From Octopus sinensis (taxonomy: Eukaryota), in contig NC_043016.1 in NCBI RefSeq assembly GCF_006345805.1, positions 29,636,001 through 29,700,000 of the forward strand: 64,000 nt of DNA, written 5' to 3'. The notes below the pieces were generated by a model that saw only the letters and a list, made by a program, of their open reading frames with translations, had not been told where the DNA came from and did no database searches. The translations under genes were made by a program, and so were the position numbers. Below, one piece after another: positions 1 to 10,640 of this stretch. Within the stretch, counting starts at the first letter, position 1. Each line of letters starts with the position of its first letter.

Positions 1-398
1 ATGTTATATAAGTATATATACACTACTGTCAGAAATTAATTAGCATCCTTGATTTGCTCTTCACTCAAGGTATTTGCTGTCACCTAGTGGCCATATCTCG
101 AACTATTGCTTTGTTGCGAGTTCACTGTTGCGCAGAACGATGACGTAACTTTGTTTGCAGAGCGGTTTGAGTGTCTACAGCCTAATGATGTTGACATAGC
201 AGTGCAACAACAACTTGGAGTGTGGATGCAGACAAATCTTCCTTTGTTTAATAGATATAGGTAGCGCCTCGCAAGGACCGAAATCACACCATACTAAGTT
301 TTCTCATCGCGTAAGACGTTTTGAACAGCTCGTAGGTTAATTGATTTGTGTATTTGCAAGATTTTTTTCCCTCACAAATTCTCCTACACTCTGCTTTG

Positions 399-413
399 TG
401 ACGTCACTTCCGG
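399..413. promoter_or_regulatory. Overlapping CRE/ETS motif TGACGTCACTTCCGG in the Tc1 5' region
   Basis: Exact palindromic CRE (TGACGTCA, 399-406) abutting an ETS core (CTTCCGG, 407-413), ~165 bp upstream of the transposase ATG. Function not shown. Confidence 0.45.
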
Positions 414-578
414 TCCACAAAACTTTCTGTTATACATCAAATAAGGTGAGAAATTCTGCTTTCTCTTTCTTTTTTTTTTGTTTAATGAATATAACTCATA
501 GTAGTTTTGTTTATAGCATAACATTATTCAAATGAATAGTTTTAATGAAAATAACTGGTTTTTATCGTTCATTCCTAG

Positions 579-1556
579 ATGGGCCCAAGACCTCGCATGA
601 CCTTGGAGAGACGGTACGAGGCTCTCTCGTGGCGTGGGAAGCTGTCGGAGGTTGCAATAGCCAGAAAACTTGGTGTAGCCAGGCGCACAATTCAGTGCTT
701 ATTTAAGAAATACGAGGAAACCGGATCAGCAGCTGACAAAAAGGGTAGGGGACGGAAGAGGCTGACGACCCAGCGGGAGACCGGATCATGATCCGAATGT
801 CACTGTACAACCGAAGGGCAACGACCCGGCAACTGGCGGAGGAGAGTGCAAAAGATGACAGGGAAGCAGTTGTCTACAACCACCGTCAAGACCAGATTAC
901 TGGAAGCTGGTCTAAAATCCTGTAGGCCGCCCCCAAAACCGGAAGAGGCGGCTGCTCTGGGCCCGTGCCCACAAGACATGGACCGTGCAGCAGTGGCGGA
1001 CAGATGTTTCACTGACGAGTCGCGATTCAGTCTCGTCAGTGACAAGCCTGTCCATGAGCGACGCCGCAGGGGTGAGCGCTTCAACAAAGACTGCATTGCT
1101 CCCACCATGAAGCATGGTGGGGGTGGTCTGATGGTGTGAGGGGCGTTCAGCTACAGTGGTGTTGGGCGGCTCTATGCCGTCGAAGGCAACATCAACGCAG
1201 CAAAGTACGTTGAGATAGTACGGGATACCTCTTTGGTGGCGAGGAGTACGTGCTCCAGCAGGACAACGCGCCTTCCCACACAGCCAAGCTCACCCGGTTC
1301 TTCAAGGAACCATGGGGTGACGGTCATGGACTGGCCTGGCCAGTCACCTGACCTGAACCCTATTGAGAACCTCTGGAGTCGATTGGGTAGGGATTTGAAT
1401 GTGCAGCAATACAGGAACCGACACGAGCTGTTTGGGGCACTTCTTGTTGCATGGGGGGGGCCATCCCCTTCACAGTACCTGCAGGCACTCATAGACAGCA
1501 TGCCGACCCGCGTAGCAGCTGTCATTGCTGCCAAAGGAGGAGCAACAAGATATTGA
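579..1556 (+). pseudogene. Tc1 transposase pseudogene (several frameshifts, one W-to-stop)
   Basis: HTH-like N-terminus (VAIARKLGVARRTIQCLFKKYEETGS..GRGRKR), RKRRLLWARAHKTWT in a shifted frame, FTDESRF (first D), KHGGGGLMV*G, QQDNAP (second D), WPGQSPDLNPIENLW (E), C-terminal AVIAAKGGATRY. 100 nt separate the second D and E codons, i.e. DD34E with a 2-nt deletion. Confidence 0.93.
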
Positions 1557-1705
1557 CTAAATTCACGATAATAACAATTATGTGGTGTGCTGGGATATGT
1601 TTTAATAAATTTTTGATTAAAAACGAGTTCGTTTCTGATAATAAGTTAATTAAATTAAGAAAATGTAGAAATTTGAGAAGTGCTAATTAATTTCCGATGC
1701 AAGTG

Positions 1706-2030
1706 TATGTTATATAAGTGTGTATATATATATATATGTGTGTGTGTGTGCGTGTGTCTTATATGTATATATATATATGGTATATCTTTGTTAAATTTAT
1801 GTTATATATGTATGTGTTAAATATATATATATATATATTATATGCATTATGTGTATATATATATACATATATGTTGTGTGTGTGTGTATATATATGTATG
1901 TATATATGGTATGTATGTATATGTTATATATCTATATATATGTGTGTTATATATGTATGTGCATATATATGTATGTATGTGTATGTGTGTGTATATAAAT
2001 ATATATATGTATATATATATATACACCATG
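1706..2030. repeat. Degenerate (TA)n/(TG)n microsatellite field
   Basis: Alternating TA/TG/TATG runs; the ORFs here (YIYI/VCVC) are low-complexity artefacts. Confidence 0.9.
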
Positions 2031-2228
2031 CTTGTGTGTAGACATGTAAAATGATGATAATGTATGGATAGATAAATGTGTTAATTCTTCGATGTGCATA
2101 TGTATTTCCATTCGGTTGCTCATTTCGTATACATAACAATAGCTAATATTAGATTTATAGGAATTTGACCTCTGAAGCAGAACAATAACCAATCGCTACA
2201 AAATTAAACACACACACACACACTCTTT

Positions 2229-2260
<32 letters not shown>

Positions 2261-2699
2261 CTCTCTAACAATATGAATTAAGTTCTGTCATGCGTAGTAT
2301 TATAAAGGTCATTCGCCATGATTTTAACTGTCCTCAAATAATTTCAAATGTTATCCATTGATAATGCAAATACTTGTAGTGCTAATGATTATCCAAAACC
2401 ATTCATGGTTATACATGCCTAAGCCATAACTTTCTACAGCTTTGTAGCCAGTTTTCAATTAGTTATCACCCTACTCTTACATCCATCCAAAGTCAACTTA
2501 TGCTTATATATATACTGCAAGCAATTTATTCTCCCCTGCAATTATGAATAGCCTAACCCAGTGCAAAATTCTGAGTGGACTACCAACTTTTGATATATTT
2601 ATTCATTTGAAAAAATTCTGTTGAGTTCTATATCAGAAATGTTTGCATTATTTATAATGCACTTTGCAAGGCATACTTTATTGTAAATATTTGAATATA

Positions 2700-3675
2700 T
2701 TTATAAGTATGTTGTCAGCAAGGTGAAAGTTAGCATGAAATATAGTAATGAATTTAGTGTGCAGGTAGGATTTCACCAGGGCTCAGTTGTCAGTCCCCTC
2801 CTACTTATCATTGTTCTCCTAGAATAGTTTAACACTGGTCGCCTGTGTGAGCTCATTTATACTGATGACCTTGTTCATATAGCTGAGACTAGTAGAATTT
2901 TGAAGTTCCTGGTACCGAATCGAAACTTAGCAAAGATCAAAGTTCTAGTAAGCCGGAAAAATGAGAGGATGCTAATTTCTTGAGATAAATGGTTTTATTC
3001 AATACATAGAAAGAGTTTAGGTAGGAATTCTATACAGCCCAGTGCAAACTATGGACACAAGTGGTGCAGTAGCATCAAAGGGAGGTTAACAGGAAAGTAT
3101 TTTTGGCATGTGATAGGTGTGCAAGAACAATAAACTCTAAGAACACATGCAAAACAGATTTCCTGAAAAGCTGTGGCAGTTGTGACCTAGGTGACCTACT
3201 TAGCAGTGGAGGAGGATGTTCTGAAAGCATAGCTGCTAGAATAAGGACTGGCTAGTGAAAGTTGGGAGAACTACCACTTCTGTTAGTAACAAAAGTCTTC
3301 TCTCTTAAAGTGAAAGGGTAGATTGTATGATCCATGTAATGCTACATGGTAGTGAAATGTGGACAGTGCATGCAGAAGACATGCAAAGACTGAAAAGAAA
3401 TGAAGCTGGTTTGTTCTATTGAATGTGTAACATCTGTGCATGTGCAACAAAGTACAATTGTGTTGAAAGAAAAATTGAATGTCAGGGAATGAGATGTGGT
3501 ATGCAAGGGAGAGGTCTGCATTGGTATGGACATGTTATGCATATAGACGAGGACAACTGTATAAGGAAGTGCTGATCACTTAAATGGATGGAGTTTGTGG
3601 AAGAGGGGAAACCCAGGAAGGCATGGGATGAAGTTATGAAGGCTGAACCTCATGGAAGAAATGACAAATGACTTG
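2700..3675 (+). mobile_element. RTE-clade LINE fragment (RT C-terminal half to near 3' end), decayed
   Basis: Conceptual translation VGFHQGSVVSPLLLIIVL, ELIYTDDLV (YADD-like), LGDLLSSGGGCSESIAARIRTG, LHGSEMW, RGLHWYGHVMHI..KPRKAWDEV, with stops and frameshifts. Confidence 0.85.
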
Positions 3676-4529
3676 ATCAACTTGCATGTGTGCTTGTACC
3701 TCTTTGTCATAGCATTACATGATAGTCGTAAATAAATGAGTGACATTTTCATACAACTGACATCCTTGGTTTCCAGCCTTCTGGAAAAACCTGTTTAGTC
3801 AGGACAAATATTATCTTGTTTGGAAACAGGTGAGTGGCTGGCAACAGGAATGGCATCTAACTATTGAAGATACCTCAACAAATGCTGTTTGTTTTGTGCA
3901 AATATGGAAAATAAACATGGCTGTTACATGTGTGTGTGTTGTCACCATCATTTAACATTTAATTTTCTATATTTGCCTGGTCAGATAGAATTTGTTGAGG
4001 CAGATTTTCTGCATTTGGATGCCAGCCCTCACTCGTTTCCAGGTAAGGTAATATTTCCCCATGTTTGGACATGTTTTTTTTCACAGAGGAATGGAAATGA
4101 ACGACCTTGCTTATATGATGAAAATTCCCATTTACAACCATCTTGTAATAACTAGACAAAGGTATACCCTAACACACATGCACACATATACATGCACGTA
4201 CACAATGAGAGTCTTTTAGTTTCTGTTCATCAGAGTCGCTCACAAGAATTTGAACTTGAGGCTATAGTTGAAGACACCTGCCCAAGATGCCATACAGTGG
4301 GACTGAACCCAAGGCCATATGGTTGGGAAGCAAGCTTCTCAACTACACAGCCATGCCTGTGCCTACATACACACACACCCACCCACCACCACTACCACCA
4401 TCATTATCATCATTATTTCTATGTCAACTTTTCCATGCTTGCATAAATTGATTGTAAGCTCTCCAACACAGCATCTCTCCAATTATTGCATTCTTTTGTT
4501 ATTTACTTTGTGAGGTTTAAGATGTTTAA

Positions 4530-5420
4530 GTTTCTGAGATCAGCCTTCTCCATCTCTGCATGTATCTTTCTTTGTCTTCTTCTTGGATCCTTCCATATGT
4601 ATCTCCTGGCATTTCTTCACCCTCTGTGTTGAGGAGCCCCATGTAAAGATCAAAGTACGTAGATGAGTCATCTATTTACTTTGGTTAAAATGTTGAACAA
4701 GAATTAATCTCTGTTAGCTGAAAATTTCAAGAAATAAAATAGTAATACGTTGTACCTGCAAAAGTTACTTCTATAGAGCCCTCTGAGCATTACAAGGAAT
4801 TTCTTTTACTGATGCTCTGAGAACTTGTTAATCCTGTACATCTTCCATAGGTAAAGACTCCATTCACTGTCAGCATGCCTTCAATTCCATTACATCTCTT
4901 GTGTACCCACAGATCACATAGGATACACTCAATGGAATTTCTGCTTATTCCTTTTCTGTACATTGAGTCCAGCCATTTTACTGATGGTATCAGTCTTTTT
5001 CTATCACCTAAAATCTTAGTCTTCATTAAGTATACTGAGAAACCCATTAATTCTAAATTGTGTCAATAAGTGTGTGTCTATGAAAATCCTGATGGAAAAT
5101 GTGGTATATATGCCATCAAAGCAACCTTGAAACTCTCCTTCCAGTTTTTTTTTTTCTCTGGAGACAAGAATGCTCTCTACACATACTGTCCTGAAGAAGG
5201 CCTGTCTTGTTGACTTTGAAATAATTGATTGTTAGCTGTTTTGAAGCTTGTTACAAACACTTCAAGCAAGTAAAGAAGTCTTTCTTACTGTCAGCTATGT
5301 AGAACACAAAAGAAATATTTTGAAGTCATAGAATGCTACAAAATTCTCAAGTGATATTAACAAGTCTTATATGTCACACAGCTAATGAGCTCTTGAGAGT
5401 AAAATCTTCAAGATAATCAA
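4530..5420 (-). mobile_element. RTE-clade LINE fragment, antisense, internally deleted
   Basis: ORF 4790-5047 MKTKILG..RKGISRNSIECILCDLWVHKRCNGIEG (RTE Cys-rich motif); FVAFYDFK-like RT motif near 5330; VKKCQEIHMEG-like C-terminal region near 4600. Confidence 0.75.
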
Positions 5421-5598
5421 AATTAGAGAGATACAGGTCCTGGTAATGTCTTGACTGCTTCTGTTTGAAGGTGAGACCTATGTCTTGGATGGGGGTCAAG
5501 AGTTTACCTAAGGATGCAGTGCAGTACAATGATAATGAGAAAGAGAACAAGCGTTTCTCCCTAAAGGTTCCTTGTTGTTGAGAACTCTTTACGTAGAC

Positions 5599-6039
5599 CT
5601 AGGGTTCTCAACCAGGGTCCATATTTGGCCCTTGGGAGTCCATATAAAATTTTGTTGCTAAAATTTATCTGCCATAAATTTTGTTTTGGGATTTGGTTTG
5701 CAAAATTCTCTCTATGAGATCGTGTGTTGAAACATATTCTGTTGTGTCTGGGGAGAGTCGTTTTCTTTTTCTGCCTTATAATTTAACACACTCACTGGTA
5801 AAATTTCCTCTCTATTCCTTATTTTTATTTTCCTAAAATTTTCGTTGCATCTTGAAACCTTTTCAATATATACTTTTACAGTTCATGAAATAGTTTAACA
5901 ATTGCTTTCATATAAATTCCTTGCAATATTTAATTATAAAAGTATAAGATTTTTAAGCATCAAATGACTTGGGGGATCCACCCAAGTAAAGCTGAAATCA
6001 AAAGGGTCTATAGATTAAGAAAATGGTTGAGAAACACTT
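5599..6039. mobile_element. hAT (Charlie-like) MITE with 8-bp TSD
   Basis: Ends CTAGGGTTCTCAACC / GGTTGAGAAACACTT. Left flank ACGTAGAC (5591-5598); right flank reads ACATA+GAC once the mariner at 6045-6838 is removed (7/8 match). Confidence 0.7.
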
Positions 6040-6044
6040 ACATA

Positions 6045-6838
6045 TGAGGTGTTATCAAAAAGTTCCTGGATTAAAATAAGCTATGTTTAATAAAACAACT
6101 TATTTACCTCCTCTGAAATAGTCACTTTGTGTAACAATGCACTAATCCCAGTGTTCCTACCACTTTTAGACTCTAGCCTTGAAGTCATTTTCTGTAAGCG
6201 CATTAAGAACCTTCTGCAAGTTGCTCTGGATTTCAACAATGGTGTTAAAACAGTGACCTTTGAGCTGCATTTTCATGGGGAAGAAAGGAAACTCTGCAGG
6301 TGCTAAATAGGGGGGATGCAGAAGTAATATCATGTTGTTTTTGGTGATAAAACTCACAAGTGAGGAGAGCTTGGTAGAGAATCCATTTCTTTGCGCTCCA
6401 TAGATCTGGTCGCTTTTGTCAAGTGTTCTCCGTTAAGTGCTTCAAAATGTTGCAGTAGAACTCTTGATTAATGGCTAGCCCCGGGGGATGAATTCTTAAT
6501 AACAATACCATATTTCTGGTGGTGATGCTTGTGGCAGGTTTTCTAGATTGCTCATCATCTTCCGAGGATGTTCTTCTGCTTTTGAAGTGCCCATGTCACT
6601 CAAAACATTGCGTATGACCCATTGCTTTGTTGCCATAAGCTTTCTGAGGCATGCTCAATGTCTCTGTAGCAGATTTCCCAAAAACACAAATTTCACAACT
6701 TGCAAAGTAAACACAGTGATGTTGTTCAGAACACTAGAGCATAAAGGTCACTGCTAGGTCTCACTGGACTCGCAACTGTGTGCTGCCATCTGTTGGTGTG
6801 CTACAAAACTAGTCCAGGAACATTTTGAAACCACCTCG
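6045..6838 (-). mobile_element. Mariner element, internally deleted (794 bp), TA-flanked
   Basis: TA|TGAGGTGTTATCAAAAAGTTCCTGGAT ... GTCCAGGAACATTTTGAAACCACCTCG|TA. Minus-strand ORF 6166-6357 LLHPPYLAPAEFPFFPMKMQLKGHCFNT is a decayed HPPYSPDLAP motif. Confidence 0.9.
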
Positions 6839-7049
6839 TAGACTTGTGCTTTACACACATTTTGTTGATATTTTAGTACTTGATGGTGATGTCTTTAACA
6901 ATCTTATCTGGGATACATTAGTTCAGCAAGATATATAACTTGATATTTCTGTTGACATTATTTATTAAATGCCTGGGAAAAATCCAAAATTACAATTGGT
7001 ACCTTTTGCTTGAAGATTCTAAGCTCTTCTTTAATTCTTCTAATGGCAT

Positions 7050-7345
7050 GAATCCTTTTAATGTTGATCTGATTTAGCAGAAGTTATTCTGGATCTGCCT
7101 TATAAGAGGAATCAAGTGCAGTGTACAAGAGAGGTGACTGTACTAGTATGGACATGTGGTGCATATGGAATATGACTGCACTAGTATGTATATGCTGTGC
7201 ATATATAGCATGAATGCTGTATAAGAAAGTGCCGAGTATTCCAAGTTAGTAGAACCTGTAGAAGAGACAGATCATAAGTAAGACTTGCAATGGTTTGTGA
7301 CTTGTCCAACCCTTGTAAGAATGGAAAACAGATGTAAAAAAAAAA
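7050..7345 (+). mobile_element. RTE LINE 3' terminal fragment
   Basis: GAGAGGTGACTGTACTAGTATGGACATGTGGTGCATATGGAA aligns with the WYGHV region of the copy at 3530-3545; ends GTCCAACCCTTGTAAGAATGGAAAACAGATGTAAAA plus an A run. Confidence 0.6.
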
Positions 7346-8318
7346 AAAATAATTGTCTGTATATGCATATGTACACATATGAGTATATATATCCTTCAAT
7401 TTTTTATAGATTGTCATAGGATTGTGGCCATGCTGGGCACCACTTTAAAGTGTTTAGTTGAACAAATCAGGACTAACCCTTTTTTTCTTATTAAAGTCAG
7501 ATACTTATTCTGTTGGTCATTCTTTCTTTTTATTTTGCTAAACTGGTTATGTTAAAGGGATGTAAACAAAAGAACATCATTTGTCAAGTGGTGTTAGGGG
7601 ACAATCACAAAAACACACATGCACATACATATGATTGGCTTCCACACAGCTTCCCTTTTCCAAAATTTGCTCACATGGCATTGGTCATTCTGGGGGCTAT
7701 AGTAGAAGAGATTTGTCCAAGATGTCATGTGGTGGGAGTGACTAAAATTCATGTAGTTACAAATTCATGTAGTGTGGTAAGAAGCTTGCTTCCTAACCAC
7801 ATGGTTCTAGGTTCAGTCCTACTGCGTGGTACCTTGGGCAAGTGTCTTCTACTATAGCCTCAGGCCAACCAAAGCCTTGCAAGTGGATTTGGTTGATGGA
7901 AACTGAAAGAAGCCCATTGTATATATATATTTATGTATATATTTGTGTCTGTGTTTGTCCTCCCACTATTGCTTGACAACTGATGTTGGTGTGTTTACAT
8001 CCTCTGTAACTTCGTGGTTTGGCAAAATGGACCAATAGTATAAGTACTAGGCTTACAAAGAATTTGTTTGACTAAAAGCAGTGCTCCAGCATGGCCGCAG
8101 TCAAATGACTGAACAAGTTAAAGAATAAAGAGAATAATATATATATATATATATATGTACATGGGCACAAATGTATGTCATCATTATCATTTGATGTCTG
8201 TTTTTCCATTTTTCCATGCTGGTGTGTGTGTATGTATATAATATATAGATACCACACACATACATGTATCTAGTACATATACATATGGTAACAGGTGCTT
8301 CATTTAGTGCTATAATAT

Positions 8319-8379
<61 letters not shown>

Positions 8380-8581
8380 CCTCTTCTTGTAGTTATGTAT
8401 CTTACCTTACAACCACCATCAACGTTTCTATCACCTTCACTCAGGAAACCCACTTTAGAACAGTGCATTAGCTTTAACATTAGAGTGAAATTTCAAATTT
8501 GTACTTCAATGCACTTTCACAGGTACTTCCAAGCTTTTAAGTGACATTTGTGTATATATATATGTTTCTCTTTTATTGCGT

Positions 8582-8834
8582 TATTAATATTATTATTATT
8601 TATTATTATTATTATTATTATTTATTATTATTATTATTTATTATTATTATTATTTATTATTATTTATTATTATTATTTATTATTATTATTTTTTATTATT
8701 ATTATTATTTATTATTATTTATTATTATTATTATTATTATTAGCAGTTGTAGTTGCTGTTTCAGATTTTGATATTTTCTCGGGTGTGTGCGCGTGTTTTG
8801 TTGTTGTTTATTTATTTTATTTATTGTTTTGTTG

Positions 8835-8869
<35 letters not shown>

Positions 8870-8870
8870 G
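8582..8870. repeat. (ATT)n/(TTA)n microsatellite tracts with periodic T insertions
   Basis: TTATTATTATTATTT-type units at 8582-8741 and 8836-8870. Confidence 0.9.
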
Positions 8871-9581
8871 AATTACTGATTCAGTGTGAGTCATCATTGC
8901 TTAGCAACCAAACCGATTCCACTGTAGATAGAATCTCATTACAGCAGCAGAAGGGTGCGGGGAGGGGAGGGGAGGGGGGGAAATCTTGTAGTCAGCGCCG
9001 CCACCACCACCACCGCTGCCACAACTGAACAAATCTCCCCCGCCCCCCTCTTCACCTCCAACCTGTTCCTCATTGATTTCATGGGTTTATTTATGTTCTT
9101 GCTCTCTTCACTCTTCTCTAATGACATTCCGTTAATGCTGCTGAATACTATGTTTTTTTTTGGGGTTTTTTTTTCAATAACAGTGCAACAACATATGAGG
9201 CAATTTCTCTCCCTGTAACAGTAGGTTGGTGGTGATGGGCGTGGTGGGAACGTTGTTTTTATTTAACATCTGCTACACCAGTATTTCCGTTATATATTTT
9301 AAAATTATTTTTGTGTTTTTTTTGTTTTTTGTTTTTTTTCTTATGCTTCTTTCTGTCTTTGTATTTGTGTTTATGCATCTTGTGGTTGGATTTGTATTTG
9401 TTACTGTTGCTTAAGCACCCCCCACCCACTTCCTCAATTCGGGCCCTGATTGAATAGTATTCCAACCATGACTCTTCCATATACCTGTGTGTCTGTGTCT
9501 GTGTGTATGTGTTTGTTTGTTTGTATGTATGTATGTATGTATGCATATGTACATATATGTTTATATTTAAGTATCTATGCA

Positions 9582-9629
<48 letters not shown>

Positions 9630-10179
9630 CATATATATATACATACATACATGCCTAAATTCATACATGTGTATAAAATGTAAAGTACATCTCGGACTAC
9701 TTTATCCAGTGTCTTCTTTTTCTTTTTTAAAAGATGGTAGGTGTGATTTGAAGGAAAGAAATTTGATTGCTATTTCTAACTACCTGAGTAACCACCTAGA
9801 GGCTCCCTTGTTAGCTTATTGTCTGCGTTCTGGTTTTCAATGTGAAAGGCATCTAATTTGTTAATTGGATTAAACCTGTGTCTTGGAAATTGTTTGGTTT
9901 TTTTTTGTTTTTATCCTTTCTCTTTACTTGTTTCAGTCATTGGACTGCAGCCATGCTGTGGCATTGCCTATAAGGGTTCAGTCAAGCTAATCAATCCCAG
10001 TACTAAGTCTGATACTTATTCTGTTAGTCTCTGTCACTAAACTGCTAAATTATGAGTATGTAAACAAACCAACTCTGGTTGTTGAGCAATGGTGGAGACA
10101 CAAAAACACATGCATGCATAATACTTATACATACATACATACAAACATACACACACATGGGCTTCCTCACAGTTTCCAT

Positions 10180-10466
10180 CAGGGTTGTGAAGTTGCAGTT
10201 GTGGAGTCAGAGTTGGAAACAATTGAAGGGTAGCTGGAGTCGGAGTTGGTTAAACTATACTGACTCTGACTCCGACTGACAATGTCTTTATTCTTTAATA
10301 TAAACCAGTTGTAACATATAGGCCCACTCAAAGTACAAGTGTATGTATATGCTTTATGAGATATGTAGACCACAATCACTTAATTACATAAAGAGGAGTC
10401 GGAGTCGCCAATAGTAGAGGAGTTAGAGTTGGAGTCAAAGTTTTTTGTTTCGACTCCACAGCCCTA
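10180..10466. mobile_element. hAT-like MITE with GGAGTC/GACTCC subterminal motifs, nested in a SINE
   Basis: TIRs CAGGGTTGTGAAGTTG / CGACTCCACAGCCCTA. Flanks GTTTCCAT (10172-10179) and GCTTCCGT (10467-10474) each differ by one base from the host SINE sequence GTTTCCGT. Confidence 0.7.
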
Positions 10467-10640
10467 GCTTCCGTCTATCAAATTCTCTCATAAGGCATTG
10501 GTTAATTTGGTGCGATAGGAGAAGGTGCTTGCTTAGGGTGCCATGCTGTAGGACTGAACCTGAAATCGCTTGGTTGCAAAGTGAACTTCTTAACCACACA
10601 GCCATGTCATATAGTGATGTGCCAAATTGTTTAAACTTTT

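Larger units (their letters stand above)
21..1705 (+). mobile_element. Tc1-family DNA transposon (~1.7 kb), decayed, imperfect ~26-bp TIRs, TA-flanked
   Basis: Left end TA|CACTACTGTCAGAAATTAATTAGCA (21-) and reverse complement of right end TA|CACTTGCATCGGAAATTAATTAGCA (ends 1705, TA at 1706-1707). Contains transposase remnants at 579-1556. Confidence 0.9.

Noticed and set aside
1008-1041. 11-bp inverted repeat TCACTGACGAG/CTCGTCAGTGA in the Tc1 ORF
   Set aside because: It falls on coding sequence (FTDESRFSLVSD), is a single short hairpin and has no further ribozyme features; probably incidental.
5712-5745. Hammerhead-like CTATGAG..GAAACATATTC
   Set aside because: The core lacks the conserved G and no stem II can form between the two motifs.
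8939-9218. ORFs over the GC-rich island
   Set aside because: Driven by G-runs and CCA repeats; no homology recognised and no convincing splice pair.
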